Shown here: piece by piece, positions 49,272 to 59,749 of the stretch | Layout of the letters: every line of letters starts with the position of its first letter | Numbering within the stretch: the first letter of the stretch is position 1 | Assembly (NCBI GenBank): GCA_047947115.1 | Contig: CP170459.1 | Coordinates: 5,120,001 to 5,184,000, forward strand | Direction of reading: 5' to 3' | Length of the DNA: 64,000 nt | Origin: Verrucomicrobiota bacterium | GTDB taxonomy: Bacteria; Verrucomicrobiota; Verrucomicrobiia; Limisphaerales; AAA164-E04 | Notes under the pieces: generated by a model | Seen by the model: only the letters and a program-made list of their open reading frames with translations | Database searches by the model: none | What the model was told of the DNA's origin: nothing | Position numbers and translations under genes: made by a program

Positions 49272-50123
49272 TCAATCAACTGAGGATTCCGTCGATGAAG
49301 TGGCATCGACCCGCCGGGCGCTCCACGCGGCCAGCTCTTCCTTGTAACCCTTTCGAATCAACCATTTTTGAAGGAACTTCTGTAAGATTTGATCTCCTTC
49401 CTCCAGGTAACTGGGTTCGATCTGTGTCGAAACGCGCACAAATTGTTTCGGACCGAGCAGTGGGCGGCGACTCTTGAATGCATCAAATACACGACCCCAC
49501 AACTTCTGGTCGATCAAACGATAGGAAGTGCCACTTGAATGCTCCACATCGGGATTGAGCTGGTATTTCATGGCAACCGACAGATTATGGTCCAGACGAT
49601 ACGGCAGAGTTTGCCCGCCAACCAAACCGAGAAAGTATACCAGCTCATATCGGGATCCGTTGACGAACAGGCGACGTTCAAAGCCCAGGGGTTGCCCCGC
49701 CAGCTCCATCTCCACATAATCGGGCTCTATGGGTTGAATTTTCCACCCGCCCTCGGTCCAGCAACGATCCGGCGTGTGCACAAACAAACCAATCTCATTC
49801 ATGGATTCGCTGTACCTCTTGGCCATGAAAGCCAGCACCGGCTGCCAGGCATCATCCGTAAACACTCCATTAAACGTCTCATCGGCCACCAGTTGACGTT
49901 CCAAAGCCTCACCAATGGGCTGATCCACAAATCTGTATCCCTCCACTTCCTGACTTGGAGAAAACCAATACTGGTCACCCAGCTTTGCAGACCGGGTGTA
50001 CCAGACAGGGGGAAAACCCCATAATCCGATCAGAACAAGAGAGACTGACACGACCCAGAACCATTGCGGTCTAAGCATTTCATTTGAAGCTTTATTATTC
50101 CTTGAATGATGCTGATCAACCAT
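49272..50123 (-). CDS. Exosortase-associated EpsI family protein
   Basis: N-terminal TM segment; HTPDRCWTEGGW motif; adjacent to the exosortase. Confidence 0.8.
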   Translation of the reverse strand: MVDQHHSRNNKASNEMLRPQWFWVVSVSLVLIGLWGFPPVWYTRSAKLGDQYWFSPSQEVEGYRFVDQPIGEALERQLVADETFNGVFTDDAWQPVLAFMAKRYSESMNEIGLFVHTPDRCWTEGGWKIQPIEPDYVEMELAGQPLGFERRLFVNGSRYELVYFLGLVGGQTLPYRLDHNLSVAMKYQLNPDVEHSSGTSYRLIDQKLWGRVFDAFKSRRPLLGPKQFVRVSTQIEPSYLEEGDQILQKFLQKWLIRKGYKEELAAWSARRVDATSSTESSVD

Positions 50124-50289
50124 TTTCAGGATCCATTCATAAGCAAACTGAAAACAGTTACAAGCATCAAAAATGAGTCAATCAAGACACTCTTTCACCA
50201 CATCCATCATCAATTAATATAATTCAAAACAAAAGATCATTTTAACTCATTTCACTGGCTACCTAGTGGTTTTAGTTTTTTTATAAATC

Positions 50290-52488
50290 TCAAAAAATGC
50301 TAAAAGTCGCCGCGAGAGCCGCCATCACAATAGCCACCATACTCATGAGTTTTATTAAAATATTCAAACTGGGGCCGGAAGTGTCTTTGAAAGGATCCCC
50401 CACGGTATCACCAATCACCGTGGCTTTATGAGCTTCGCTTCCCTTGCCTCCCAAATGGCCTTCTTCAATATACTTTTTGGCGTTGTCCCAGGCTCCACCT
50501 GCATTCGCCATGAAGATGGCCAGCACAAACCCCGTCGAAACCCCGCCAACAAGCAATCCCATCACCCCCGGCACTCCCATCAGTATGCCGACCAATACGG
50601 GCGCAAGAATGGCAATAAAGGAAGGAACCACCATTTCCAACTGTGCTGCCCTTGTGGATATCTCAACACATCGTTCATAATCAGGCTCGGCCTTGCCTTC
50701 GAGAATTCCTTTGATCTCTTTGAACTGACGCCTTACTTCGGCCACCATTTTATATGCGGCGCGTCCCACGGCATTCATCGTCAAACCGCAGAATAGAAAC
50801 GAAATCACCGCCCCCAGAAAGATCCCCACCAGCAATCGTGGGTTCATAATCGTCAGTTCAAAATAATCAATCAAAGTGGCCAAATCCATATCCTTGACCT
50901 GAACAGTTGCTCCCGACGCAAGTTCCAGGGTGTCTCGACCGGTGCGAATCAATCCCACTTTGACTTGTTCCAGATAGGATGCCAGCAGTGCCAGTGCGGT
51001 CAAAGCCGCGGATCCGATGGCGTAACCTTTCCCTGTGGCGGCGGTGGTATTGCCCAAAGAATCAAGAGCGTCCGTGCGATTCCGAACAGATTCACCCAAC
51101 TGGCACATCTCGGCATTCCCGCCCGCATTGTCGGCGATTGGACCGTACGCGTCTGTGGACAAAGTAATCCCAAGGGTGGACAGCATCCCGACAGCCGCGA
51201 TACCAATCCCGTATAAACCCAGATTCAGCGCATCATAGTTCCATCCCGAGGCAAAGAGGAAGGCCATCAGAATCGCAATGGCAATGGCAAGCACTGGAAC
51301 AACGGTTGAAATCATCCCGGTCCCCAACCCGGAAATAATCACGGTTGCTGGTCCGGTCTCCCCATTTTCGGCGATTCGCTGTGTCGGGGCGTAGGAGGAG
51401 GAAGTGAAGTATTCAATCGATTTGCCAATCACTGTCCCTGTCAGGATACCCGTGGCAATGGCTCCCCAAATTCCCCACATGGAAGGAAAATCCAGGACTT
51501 TCAGAACGATCCATGCCCCCATTAAATTCAGGAAAGTCGTGGTGAGAATGGCGCGATCCAGGGACTTGAGCAGGTCACGTTGCGTGGCCTTTTCTTTCGT
51601 TTTCACCAACTGCACACCGATCACCGAAGCCACGATCCCCAGAGCCGCCAACAGCAGGGGTGCCAGCACGGCCTTGGTTTGAACAGCAGGATCGGAAAGA
51701 AATGCGGCAGCACCCAAAGCTGCCGTGGCGAGAATGGAGCCGTAGTAGGATTCATACAAATCGGCCCCCATGCCGGCAATGTCCCCCACGTTATCTCCGA
51801 CGTTATCGGCGATGGTGGCCGGATTCCTGGGGTCATCCTCCGGAATACCCGCTTCCACTTTCCCCACCAGATCAGCTCCAACATCCGCGGCCTTGGTAAA
51901 GATCCCGCCACCCAAGCGGGCAAACAAAGCCTGTGCCGACGCCCCCATAACGAAGGTGAGCATCGTCGTTGTGATCAAAACCATGGTCTGCCCATCTCCG
52001 GTACGATCCGGGTAAACCAAATTCAGCACAACCATCCAGAAGCTAATGTCGAGCAGCGCCAGGCCCACCACCACCAATCCCATGACCGCACCACTGCGAA
52101 AAGCGATGCGCAGTCCCCCATTCAACGATTCTCTGCAAGCCTGCGCCGTTCGCGCCGAGGCCTGAGTGGCGGTCTTCATGCCGAAAAAGCCTGCCAGAGC
52201 GGAAAGGAAGCCACCGGTTAAAAACGAGAAAGGCACCCAGGGATTCAACAACCCCACCCCATAGGCCAAAATAGCAAACACAACCGCCAGGGCGACAAAG
52301 ATGAGACCCACCACCTTGTATTGCTGCTTGAGATAAGCCATGGCTCCTTTGCGAACATGCAAGGCGATGGCTTTCATTTTATCCGTTCCTTCACTGTAGG
52401 TCATGATTTGCCGGTAATAGTACCAGGCGGATCCCAAAGCCAGGAGGGCGGCGCACGGAGTTAACCAGAAAACAGGATTTTGAATCAT
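50290..52488 (-). CDS. hppA: Membrane-bound cation-translocating pyrophosphatase (K+-dependent type)
   Basis: [56 protein letters not shown] and [11 protein letters not shown] motifs. Confidence 0.96.
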   Translation of the reverse strand: MIQNPVFWLTPCAALLALGSAWYYYRQIMTYSEGTDKMKAIALHVRKGAMAYLKQQYKVVGLIFVALAVVFAILAYGVGLLNPWVPFSFLTGGFLSALAGFFGMKTATQASARTAQACRESLNGGLRIAFRSGAVMGLVVVGLALLDISFWMVVLNLVYPDRTGDGQTMVLITTTMLTFVMGASAQALFARLGGGIFTKAADVGADLVGKVEAGIPEDDPRNPATIADNVGDNVGDIAGMGADLYESYYGSILATAALGAAAFLSDPAVQTKAVLAPLLLAALGIVASVIGVQLVKTKEKATQRDLLKSLDRAILTTTFLNLMGAWIVLKVLDFPSMWGIWGAIATGILTGTVIGKSIEYFTSSSYAPTQRIAENGETGPATVIISGLGTGMISTVVPVLAIAIAILMAFLFASGWNYDALNLGLYGIGIAAVGMLSTLGITLSTDAYGPIADNAGGNAEMCQLGESVRNRTDALDSLGNTTAATGKGYAIGSAALTALALLASYLEQVKVGLIRTGRDTLELASGATVQVKDMDLATLIDYFELTIMNPRLLVGIFLGAVISFLFCGLTMNAVGRAAYKMVAEVRRQFKEIKGILEGKAEPDYERCVEISTRAAQLEMVVPSFIAILAPVLVGILMGVPGVMGLLVGGVSTGFVLAIFMANAGGAWDNAKKYIEEGHLGGKGSEAHKATVIGDTVGDPFKDTSGPSLNILIKLMSMVAIVMAALAATFSIF

Positions 52489-52506
52489 AGGATTTTTGTA
52501 GGGTTG

Positions 52507-54909
52507 TTAAGTAGGGTTAAATAAGTCGTTAAATGGTTTTGTGGAAGATGGCTGGGTCAGGCGTGACAGAGAATGCTTCAAGGATGGCACCACGCTCGGC
52601 TCCACATCCATCCCGCGAGCATGTGCCAGAATCTGGCCTGCAGCCAATCCACCATCGTGCAATGGAAGCTCGCCCGGCAGCAACACCTGGAACCCGTGAG
52701 AGCGCAATTGCCCGGCCATCCAATCGGTGAACAGGCCATTTTCAAAGGCGACACCGGAAAGCACAATCAAGCGCGGATGCATGGAGGTGGCCAGATTGAG
52801 CATCCATCGACCAAAAGTATCACAGATTTTGCATAAAATTGTTTCGGGGCGAATGCCCTGCTCCAGATCGTGAACCATCCCCTTCAACATGGGCTTCCAT
52901 TCCAGGATCAGGGACTCCGAATCCTGATCAGACTTTAGTATCGGGCGGTCATAAGCATTGACAGACATGGAATGAAACGTATCTCTGTCGATCATTTGAT
53001 TGAGCACAGCCCACGAATCACCATGAAACCGATTGCGAATGGAGTGACTCAACAGGGCGGACACCCCCTGCCACCATCGACCGACACTTCTTGCCCTGCG
53101 ACATTGTAATTTCAGTTCGAACACCCGGTTCCAGTGCTCCAGGTCCTGAAGGTTCAACTGGGCACGCAAGCGCAATGGCAATGCATCCCACATGTCTTTG
53201 CCGAATACTTCATACAACATGCCGTAGAGACACCCCCGGTTGTCACTCGTCGCAAAATCACCCCCGGGCATCCAGAATGAAGAAAAAGTGGCTACTCGCT
53301 GCCAGGATTGCTTCTCAATCCACAAAACATCCCCTCCTCCGATGACATCAGCCTTCCCTCCCCGCCCCTCATCAAAACAAACCCCCATCACGTTCGCATC
53401 GGCATCCGCCCCATGCAGTGCCGTCATGACATGGGCCAGCTCGTGATCGATCTGTTCATGTGCCAACCCCGTTGAAAGTGCGTACTGAGTGGTCAACCCT
53501 TGAGGATCTCCATCAGTCAAAAACTTGGTCTGCTGGATGTCGAACAGCTTTTTGCCATCCTGAATGGCATCAAAAAAATGATCCAGATTCCCGTTCTCTT
53601 TCAGTGCCCCCAGGGAAGGGTTCAAGTAGAACCGATCATCCACTCCGAATCCGATGGAGGTGTCATTCCGCCCTCCGAGAGCCATGAGATGATGGGCATC
53701 GCATCCCAACGGCATTTCAAATGGCGCCGTTCCAAACCCAAGCTGGAGGGTCTGTTTGGTATTGCCGAGGTGCTGGACCAATGTCCTGGGAGAGGGACGT
53801 TGCAGCGGCATATCCGCAACAAGAATGAAGTCAACCATCCCTTCAAACACCTGAATCGCCTCACTCACCTGGCAGGCATAGGCCAGTTTATGCTGCAATT
53901 CATAAGCTACGGCCAAAGGCATGTTCAACAAATTGAGCAACAGATGAAAGATCCCGGATTCAGGCAGGCAAACATCCAGCACCGAACTGTCAGGCGCGAG
54001 GAGTTCAGACAAACTCCGCACCCCCGCCCTCCGAGGCAATCGCACACACGGCGCCTCGACCGACAAAAGCCAATTCCGCTCCTCAGGCCCCATCAACGCG
54101 AACGCATCCGCCGCATCCGGTGTCGACAGCATCAAGGCCAGGGGCACATGGGGTTGCCCCAACACGGCACGCATCCGACGAATGGCTTCATCGGATGTAG
54201 CCGCGCTGACAAGCCTGAACCCGGAGACATCCTTGATGGCCACAAGCCGCCCCTGATCCAAAGCAGCTGCCGCCTGGATCAATGCCTCCCGATGCCGACT
54301 CAGTTTCCCTCCCTGATGGTTCAACAATTCCACATGAGGACCACAAATCGGGCAGGTGTTCAAATGATGTAGAAAACGTCGATCTCGCGAGTTGTCGACC
54401 TCAGCCTGGCATTGCTCACACATCGCATACCCGGCTAGAACCGAATCTTCACGGTTCAACAACCCCTTCTGTCCGAACGAAAACCTCGGTCCACACTCAG
54501 TGCAGAATGTAAATGGAAAGAAAAAACGGCGATTTCCAGGATTGAGCATTTCAGCAACGCACTCCGGACACTGAGCCCGGTCCGGTTGCACCCAGCGCCC
54601 GGTCACTTGTTCCGATTGAGCCGGCAGCATCCTGAACGAGGAATCCCCTACCGTCTCAATTGGACTCACCGACAAGTCAAATCCAGGGCTGGTTTTTCGG
54701 ATACGATCGGCAAGCTGGCGTTCGAACGCCCTCAACGTCCCGCGATCTCCTTCCAATTGCACCTCATATCCTCTGGCGTTGGGCTGCATCCAGCCGCGCA
54801 GATTCAAGGACCTGACAATGCGATAAGTGGCGGGCTGGACTCCTGTTCCGTGTAGATTCCCACGAATCAAAAACCGTTTTCTAATAAATCCTGCCGAAGT
54901 GCTTCCCAT
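52507..54909 (-). CDS. Divergent HypF-like carbamoyltransferase homolog
   Basis: Acylphosphatase-like N-terminus; two CxxC-x18-CxxC fingers; HELAH, SVGR, LSGVAFEN and HDGGLAAGQ motifs; 800 aa, no internal stop. Confidence 0.85.
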   Translation of the reverse strand: MGSTSAGFIRKRFLIRGNLHGTGVQPATYRIVRSLNLRGWMQPNARGYEVQLEGDRGTLRAFERQLADRIRKTSPGFDLSVSPIETVGDSSFRMLPAQSEQVTGRWVQPDRAQCPECVAEMLNPGNRRFFFPFTFCTECGPRFSFGQKGLLNREDSVLAGYAMCEQCQAEVDNSRDRRFLHHLNTCPICGPHVELLNHQGGKLSRHREALIQAAAALDQGRLVAIKDVSGFRLVSAATSDEAIRRMRAVLGQPHVPLALMLSTPDAADAFALMGPEERNWLLSVEAPCVRLPRRAGVRSLSELLAPDSSVLDVCLPESGIFHLLLNLLNMPLAVAYELQHKLAYACQVSEAIQVFEGMVDFILVADMPLQRPSPRTLVQHLGNTKQTLQLGFGTAPFEMPLGCDAHHLMALGGRNDTSIGFGVDDRFYLNPSLGALKENGNLDHFFDAIQDGKKLFDIQQTKFLTDGDPQGLTTQYALSTGLAHEQIDHELAHVMTALHGADADANVMGVCFDEGRGGKADVIGGGDVLWIEKQSWQRVATFSSFWMPGGDFATSDNRGCLYGMLYEVFGKDMWDALPLRLRAQLNLQDLEHWNRVFELKLQCRRARSVGRWWQGVSALLSHSIRNRFHGDSWAVLNQMIDRDTFHSMSVNAYDRPILKSDQDSESLILEWKPMLKGMVHDLEQGIRPETILCKICDTFGRWMLNLATSMHPRLIVLSGVAFENGLFTDWMAGQLRSHGFQVLLPGELPLHDGGLAAGQILAHARGMDVEPSVVPSLKHSLSRLTQPSSTKPFNDLFNPT

Positions 54910-55165
54910 ATGTTTTATCCAATCTCTGATCTCAACACATTCAGTCCGCAGGAAACGCTCTGTTGGTGATGTCCAGCATGACACGCCCATCCTTCCTGAA
55001 AAACATCCTGATCGATTCGCACCATCTTGCCCACCCTTCAATTGCCATTGCTAGTGCAAAATTTGCCACTACAATGACGCCTTCATCTCATTTCACTTCA
55101 TTATATGCTTCCAAAAGTTCAAACCGGGGAGCAGGATGACATACCGGTGACCAACCTACCTCTAC

Positions 55166-56056
55166 ATGGAAGATGATTTCTTTCGGATTGATCTGAGTGG
55201 TATTGACCGTTTGGATCTCAACAAAGACCGCGATTTCCTCAGTGACGTCGGGAAACGATTCAGAAAATCGGGTGCCCTGTGGCTGAAGGGAGTGTTTGAC
55301 CGTGATTGCCTGCATTCACTCATCCATTCATTCAATGAGAAATACGTGTCTCTCAATGAAACGGACCATCACGAAGTGTGCCAGGATGTGGGGCATGCAG
55401 ATCGAAAACTCTACACCGTGGTCATGGAAACACCCTTTGATCATCCCGATCTCTATGCTTCCCCCAAGCTTTTGCCCATCCTCCAAACCCTGTTGCACAA
55501 TCAACTGTTAATCCAGAGTTTCGGCATTGTCTCCGCCTACCCAGGCAGCAAACGCCAACCGTTGCATGTGGATCATATTGAACTTTTTGAGGAAATGGCG
55601 GGACTGGGGCGCATGCTACCAAGCTACGCCATCACGGTGGCCATTCCTCTGATTGATTTCAACGAACAAACCGGCACAACCGCCATCTGGCTGGGGAGTC
55701 ATATGAATTCGAACTCCGTCCCGACCTCGGACGAAGAAGTCACCTTTGAGAATGCGGTCCTGCCCTCACTTTCGGCCGGAGACTGCATGCTGTGGGATTT
55801 CAGGACATGGCACTGTGGCACCCCAAATTTGACCAACGCACAGAGACCCCTCATTTACCTCTCTGTGACACGCACATGGTTTGAAGATCGATGCAATTAC
55901 AACCCGGCGTCCGGCAGGTATCCCTTGCTCGTGACCAGCCAGTTCTTGGATGGGGTGGATCCAAAGTTCCTGCCACTGTTCGCCGGCGCCAAAGTCAGTC
56001 AGCCCATTGATATCATCCGGAACAAAACAAACAGTCATCTCCCTCAAACAAATTGA
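55166..56056 (+). CDS. Phytanoyl-CoA dioxygenase family Fe(II)/2OG oxygenase
   Basis: PGS..Q.LHVD, IPL.D, GTT.IW.GSH, AGD and WHCG..N...R motifs. Confidence 0.88.
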   Translation: MEDDFFRIDLSGIDRLDLNKDRDFLSDVGKRFRKSGALWLKGVFDRDCLHSLIHSFNEKYVSLNETDHHEVCQDVGHADRKLYTVVMETPFDHPDLYASPKLLPILQTLLHNQLLIQSFGIVSAYPGSKRQPLHVDHIELFEEMAGLGRMLPSYAITVAIPLIDFNEQTGTTAIWLGSHMNSNSVPTSDEEVTFENAVLPSLSAGDCMLWDFRTWHCGTPNLTNAQRPLIYLSVTRTWFEDRCNYNPASGRYPLLVTSQFLDGVDPKFLPLFAGAKVSQPIDIIRNKTNSHLPQTN

Positions 56057-56098
56057 TGCGAATGTACTCCCCCCCGGGAATTTCCGGAGGCCTTAGGA

Positions 56099-57085
56099 TC
56101 AGTCAAGTTTTTGCTGCCAGGATTGAATATTGGTTTTCATGACGGACAAAAAGTCGCCTTCAGCCGTTTTCCCTCCCTGCGGACGAAAAACCGTCCATTG
56201 AATTCGACGTCTTTCAAGATGCTGCTGAATCGCGCTGTTGGGCGTATCCTCCCACAACATCCATTGTGTTGGGGTCTCTGCAAGATAATCATCCAAATCC
56301 TGCCAAGCCTCTTCATCAGGCGTGACATCCGGCTCCCAATGCAGCGAATGAAGCCGTAAATCATAAGCGCGCGCCAGGTATTGGTAAACAGGGTGAGACC
56401 CAAGCACCGGCGCCTCCCCAAATTCCTGGCGCAACGATTTCATGGCCGCATCCAGAGCCTGCAGGTCGGTCGTAAGCGCACTCCATTTCCGGTTCAAACC
56501 ACCTTCATGATCAGGCCAACGCTGCCGCAGGGCTTCAAAAATGGCCTCCGCCTGCCGTTGGGCCAAACCGAAATCCAACCACGTGGTAAACGCAAGTCCC
56601 GCATGCGAATGCTCACCTTCCGGTCCATGTTGATGCGTGGGGCCCGCCTCATCCATGATCCAAAGATCTTTAAAGCCAAGGGAGGTGTTCACCATGCGGG
56701 AAGCCGGCAAACTGGACGTTTGAACCCATCCAGCATAATCAGCCCCGTTCAGTATGATGAGATCAGCCTGCTGATAGGCCGTGATTTGATCCTCATCCGG
56801 TTCCCAAAAGGCCGGATCCGCCACATCCTCGGGCGCTGGGAATACAACATTCGCCCACTCGGGATCCACCAATCGTTCCGCCATGTACCTCAACGGCTCA
56901 TTCACAACGTAAATGTCCACAACACCATCATCGGCGATGACCGAAGATCTCAGGTTCTTGGTTTCGTCCTCAGGTTGACATCCCGCAAGAAGCAACATGA
57001 AACACAACGAACAAAACACCCACATGAAATGCCGAGGGAGTTGAATGGAAAGGGAGGAGAATTTCATCAGATCGAATCTTGTCAA
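56099..57085 (-). CDS. Metal ABC transporter substrate-binding lipoprotein (ZnuA/TroA family)
   Basis: Lipobox LLAGC; ADLIILNGA, His-rich HQHGPEGEHSH, TWLD and SHPVYQYL motifs; start uncertain. Confidence 0.85.
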   Translation of the reverse strand: MTRFDLMKFSSLSIQLPRHFMWVFCSLCFMLLLAGCQPEDETKNLRSSVIADDGVVDIYVVNEPLRYMAERLVDPEWANVVFPAPEDVADPAFWEPDEDQITAYQQADLIILNGADYAGWVQTSSLPASRMVNTSLGFKDLWIMDEAGPTHQHGPEGEHSHAGLAFTTWLDFGLAQRQAEAIFEALRQRWPDHEGGLNRKWSALTTDLQALDAAMKSLRQEFGEAPVLGSHPVYQYLARAYDLRLHSLHWEPDVTPDEEAWQDLDDYLAETPTQWMLWEDTPNSAIQQHLERRRIQWTVFRPQGGKTAEGDFLSVMKTNIQSWQQKLD

Positions 57086-57172
57086 AAGCGGTTGATTTTT
57101 TTATGAACCCTTCTCTGCTGTTCAATCAAGCAGAAAACACACTCGTACAAAAGGAAACTAAAACGATAAGCA

Positions 57173-58078
57173 TTGCGGGCCGGCAAAGTGGAGAAGATAG
57201 CGCATCCTAAGAACTTCTGTGACCGAAGCACATTCAAGGGCTTGTGTGCCGTATTGCGGGATTGGATATTCATCTTTTCAGCGGCATCCACAGCCATCTG
57301 GTTCGATCACTGGTGGTTCACCATCCTGATCATCTGGTTCATCGGTTACATCCAGTTTTGCCTGGGAGAAGCTTTGCTGCACGAAGCATCCCACTACAAC
57401 CTCTTCAAAACGCGCAAATGCCACTTTTTGCTGCAGTTTCTTTATGCATATCCGTTTTTTCAAACATTGAAGGGATTTCAAAAAGAACACCATCTGCATC
57501 ACGTCGACCTGATGGGCCCCAACGACGAAACCATGAATGATTACGTTCGGTATGGCCTTGCTGAAGATCGTCCCAATGTTTTTTACATCTGGTTCATCAA
57601 ACCTTTTCTGGGTGGCCCCACGTTGTATTACATCAAAAGCGGTCCGGACTTTGACACGCAGTCCAGTCGATGGCAACTGGCTCTGTTTTGGACGCCGGTG
57701 ATCCTCTTTTTCTATTGGATGGGGGCATTGGACTTGCTTGTGCTATATTGGTTTGCGCCACTGGCATGGCCTTTCCCCATTTTCCAGTACTGGTCCGAAA
57801 TTGAGGAACATTACAACACCCGCAGCGGCGCCCGATCCAACGTTTCCTGGCTCGACAACTTTTTCAAACACAACGAAGGTTACCACTGGATCCATCACCG
57901 CTATCCGTCCGTTCCTTTCCACAAATTGAAAGAAGCCCATCAAGCCCTGACCCCGGAAGGAACCGACATCAGTCATGGCTTTCTGGAATCCTACCGTCAA
58001 ATGGCCACCCCCCAAGCGCCAGCCTGGCCCGGCCACCCCCAGTTGAAACCCGGACCACTCAAAGAACCTGGGGCCTAG
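57173..58078 (+). CDS. Membrane fatty acid desaturase family protein
   Basis: His boxes HEASH, HHLHH, EEH and HWIHH(RYPSVP); TM segments. Confidence 0.88.
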   Translation: MRAGKVEKIAHPKNFCDRSTFKGLCAVLRDWIFIFSAASTAIWFDHWWFTILIIWFIGYIQFCLGEALLHEASHYNLFKTRKCHFLLQFLYAYPFFQTLKGFQKEHHLHHVDLMGPNDETMNDYVRYGLAEDRPNVFYIWFIKPFLGGPTLYYIKSGPDFDTQSSRWQLALFWTPVILFFYWMGALDLLVLYWFAPLAWPFPIFQYWSEIEEHYNTRSGARSNVSWLDNFFKHNEGYHWIHHRYPSVPFHKLKEAHQALTPEGTDISHGFLESYRQMATPQAPAWPGHPQLKPGPLKEPGA

Positions 58079-58120
58079 AGCTCACAGAGAGTTGCAATCA
58101 GTTAGTGTGAAAAGTGTTAC

Positions 58121-58148
58121 CTCTGTGCTCTCTGTGTCCTCCGTGGTT
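58121..58148. repeat. Short triple repeat (CTCTGTG/CTCCGTG)
   Basis: ctctgtg-ct-ctctgtg-tc-ctccgtggtt, period 9. Confidence 0.6.
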
Positions 58149-58263
58149 AACAAAAAATCCATTCATCCCGCACATTGAATCGCACCCCCATATCGCACCG
58201 GGAGAGAATGAGACTTTCCAAGCGGCTTCATAAGACACATAATCATCGCCAATCCCTAAAACC

Positions 58264-58653
58264 ATGAAACAATTAATCTGCCTGCTCAGCCTTTGGCATG
58301 CACTCTGTTGCTTTGCCGACAAACGTCCAAACATTGTCTGGATCATTCCTGACGACATGTCCGCCAACTTTGCATGCTACGGCGAAAAGGCCATTGATAC
58401 CCCTCACCTTGATCGCTTGGCCGAACAGGGAGTACGTTTCACTCAAGCCCACGTCACTGCTCCAGTCTGTTCCACCTGCCGCTCGGCATTGATCACCGGC
58501 ATGTACCAGACCAGCATCGGAGCGCATCACCACCGAAGTGGACGCGGCACCAAAAAAATCCATCTGCCATCTCATATCACACTTGCTATCCGGAAGCCAA
58601 AAGTCCGAGGAAATCGAGCAAATCATAAAAGAAGCATACGATCAAATTCCTGA
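58264..58653 (+). pseudogene. Sulfatase N-terminal fragment (about 107 sulfatase-like residues)
   Basis: Signal peptide; RPNIVWIIPDD, TPHLDRLA.QGVRF and VCSTCRSALITGMY; ends after 129 codons. Confidence 0.82.
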
Positions 58654-59638
58654 ACCTTTGAAAAGAGAATGGTTCGCGCTAGCAGCAATGACCTTGCGCT
58701 GCGAAGCGCTGCTGGATCAACAGAAATATAGCGAAATGGAATCTTTGATAACAGAGGAGCTGAAGCATTCATTTTCGAAGCGATCCAATGCTGGAGAACG
58801 GGACTCGCACATGCAGTTGGCAGGCCTCCTTATCATGGCTCTCTGTCCTCAGGAAAAATTTGGTGAAGCACTCCAAATATTACAGATGCAGATCGCCGCC
58901 GTAAAGGGCAGCTCCATCGATCAGGAAGAAAAAGACCAATGCTTGATCATGCTACAGCAATTGGAAGGCGAGGTGTATGCGCGCTCTGGACAAAGTGACC
59001 GAGCGCTGGAAATATTGGAGGATGTCGCGGAAAACCAAGATTCTCACCCCGCCTATTGGCTTCGAGCGGCCTTGGTGACGGCGGGCATCGGAGACCACGA
59101 AGCCCACGATCGTTTAAGCAGCTTGGGAATAATCCGCTTCGCTTCTTCAACCGATGGCAGAGGGAGCCTTTGGATAGCGAAGGGACTCCTACAACTATCT
59201 CCGGATCGGTTAAAACTGGCCATAGCCAAAAAACTTATTGATCAGGCAGATGGCAGTTTGGATTGGGTGAGCAGAATGACATTCCATTTTGTCAAAGCAG
59301 AACTCGAACTGCGCTTGGGAAATTACCCGGAAGCAGCAAAGGAAGCCACGCGCTATCTCGAAGAATCCTCAACCGGATATGGTTCCCGTTATGCTTCTTC
59401 GGAAGCATTCTCTGCCAGCGCCAACTTCATCCGAGCCATCGCAGAAGCACATCAAGACCATCATCGGCAAGCATTGGAGGATTTCAACAAAGCCCACACC
59501 CTTTTGAATGCCACTTTAGGGCCTGACCGAGGTTATCATTGGTATGAATCCTACCACGCCCAGGCACTACTGAGGGAAGCAACCGAGCTATTCGAGGAAA
59601 AGGGTATGAAACCCGCGATAATATCCCCCCTGAACTAA
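58583..59638 (+). CDS. TPR-like helical protein, probably a 5'-truncated fragment
   Basis: Open frame of about 350 aa with TPR-like repeats (GEVYARSGQSDRALEILE, AELELRLGNYPEA); start unclear. Confidence 0.65.
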   Translation: MLSGSQKSEEIEQIIKEAYDQIPEPLKREWFALAAMTLRCEALLDQQKYSEMESLITEELKHSFSKRSNAGERDSHMQLAGLLIMALCPQEKFGEALQILQMQIAAVKGSSIDQEEKDQCLIMLQQLEGEVYARSGQSDRALEILEDVAENQDSHPAYWLRAALVTAGIGDHEAHDRLSSLGIIRFASSTDGRGSLWIAKGLLQLSPDRLKLAIAKKLIDQADGSLDWVSRMTFHFVKAELELRLGNYPEAAKEATRYLEESSTGYGSRYASSEAFSASANFIRAIAEAHQDHHRQALEDFNKAHTLLNATLGPDRGYHWYESYHAQALLREATELFEEKGMKPAIISPLN

Positions 59639-59684
59639 ACGAAACAGCAGAATCCCTTCGTGGCTTGTGACTTTGTGTGAGAAC

Positions 59685-59731
59685 AAAAAAACACCCATCA
59701 TCAAATGAAAGATTCACCTAATGATGGGTTT
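59685..59731 (-). terminator. Intrinsic terminator after aspS
   Basis: ACCCATCAT...ATGATGGGT stem with T7 on the minus strand. Confidence 0.65.
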
Positions 59732-59749
59732 AAATTCCAACCGAATGAA

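Noticed and set aside
52507..54909. Calling this a functional hypF or a hydrogenase locus
   Set aside because: Key catalytic motifs are substituted and no hyp or hydrogenase genes are in the window
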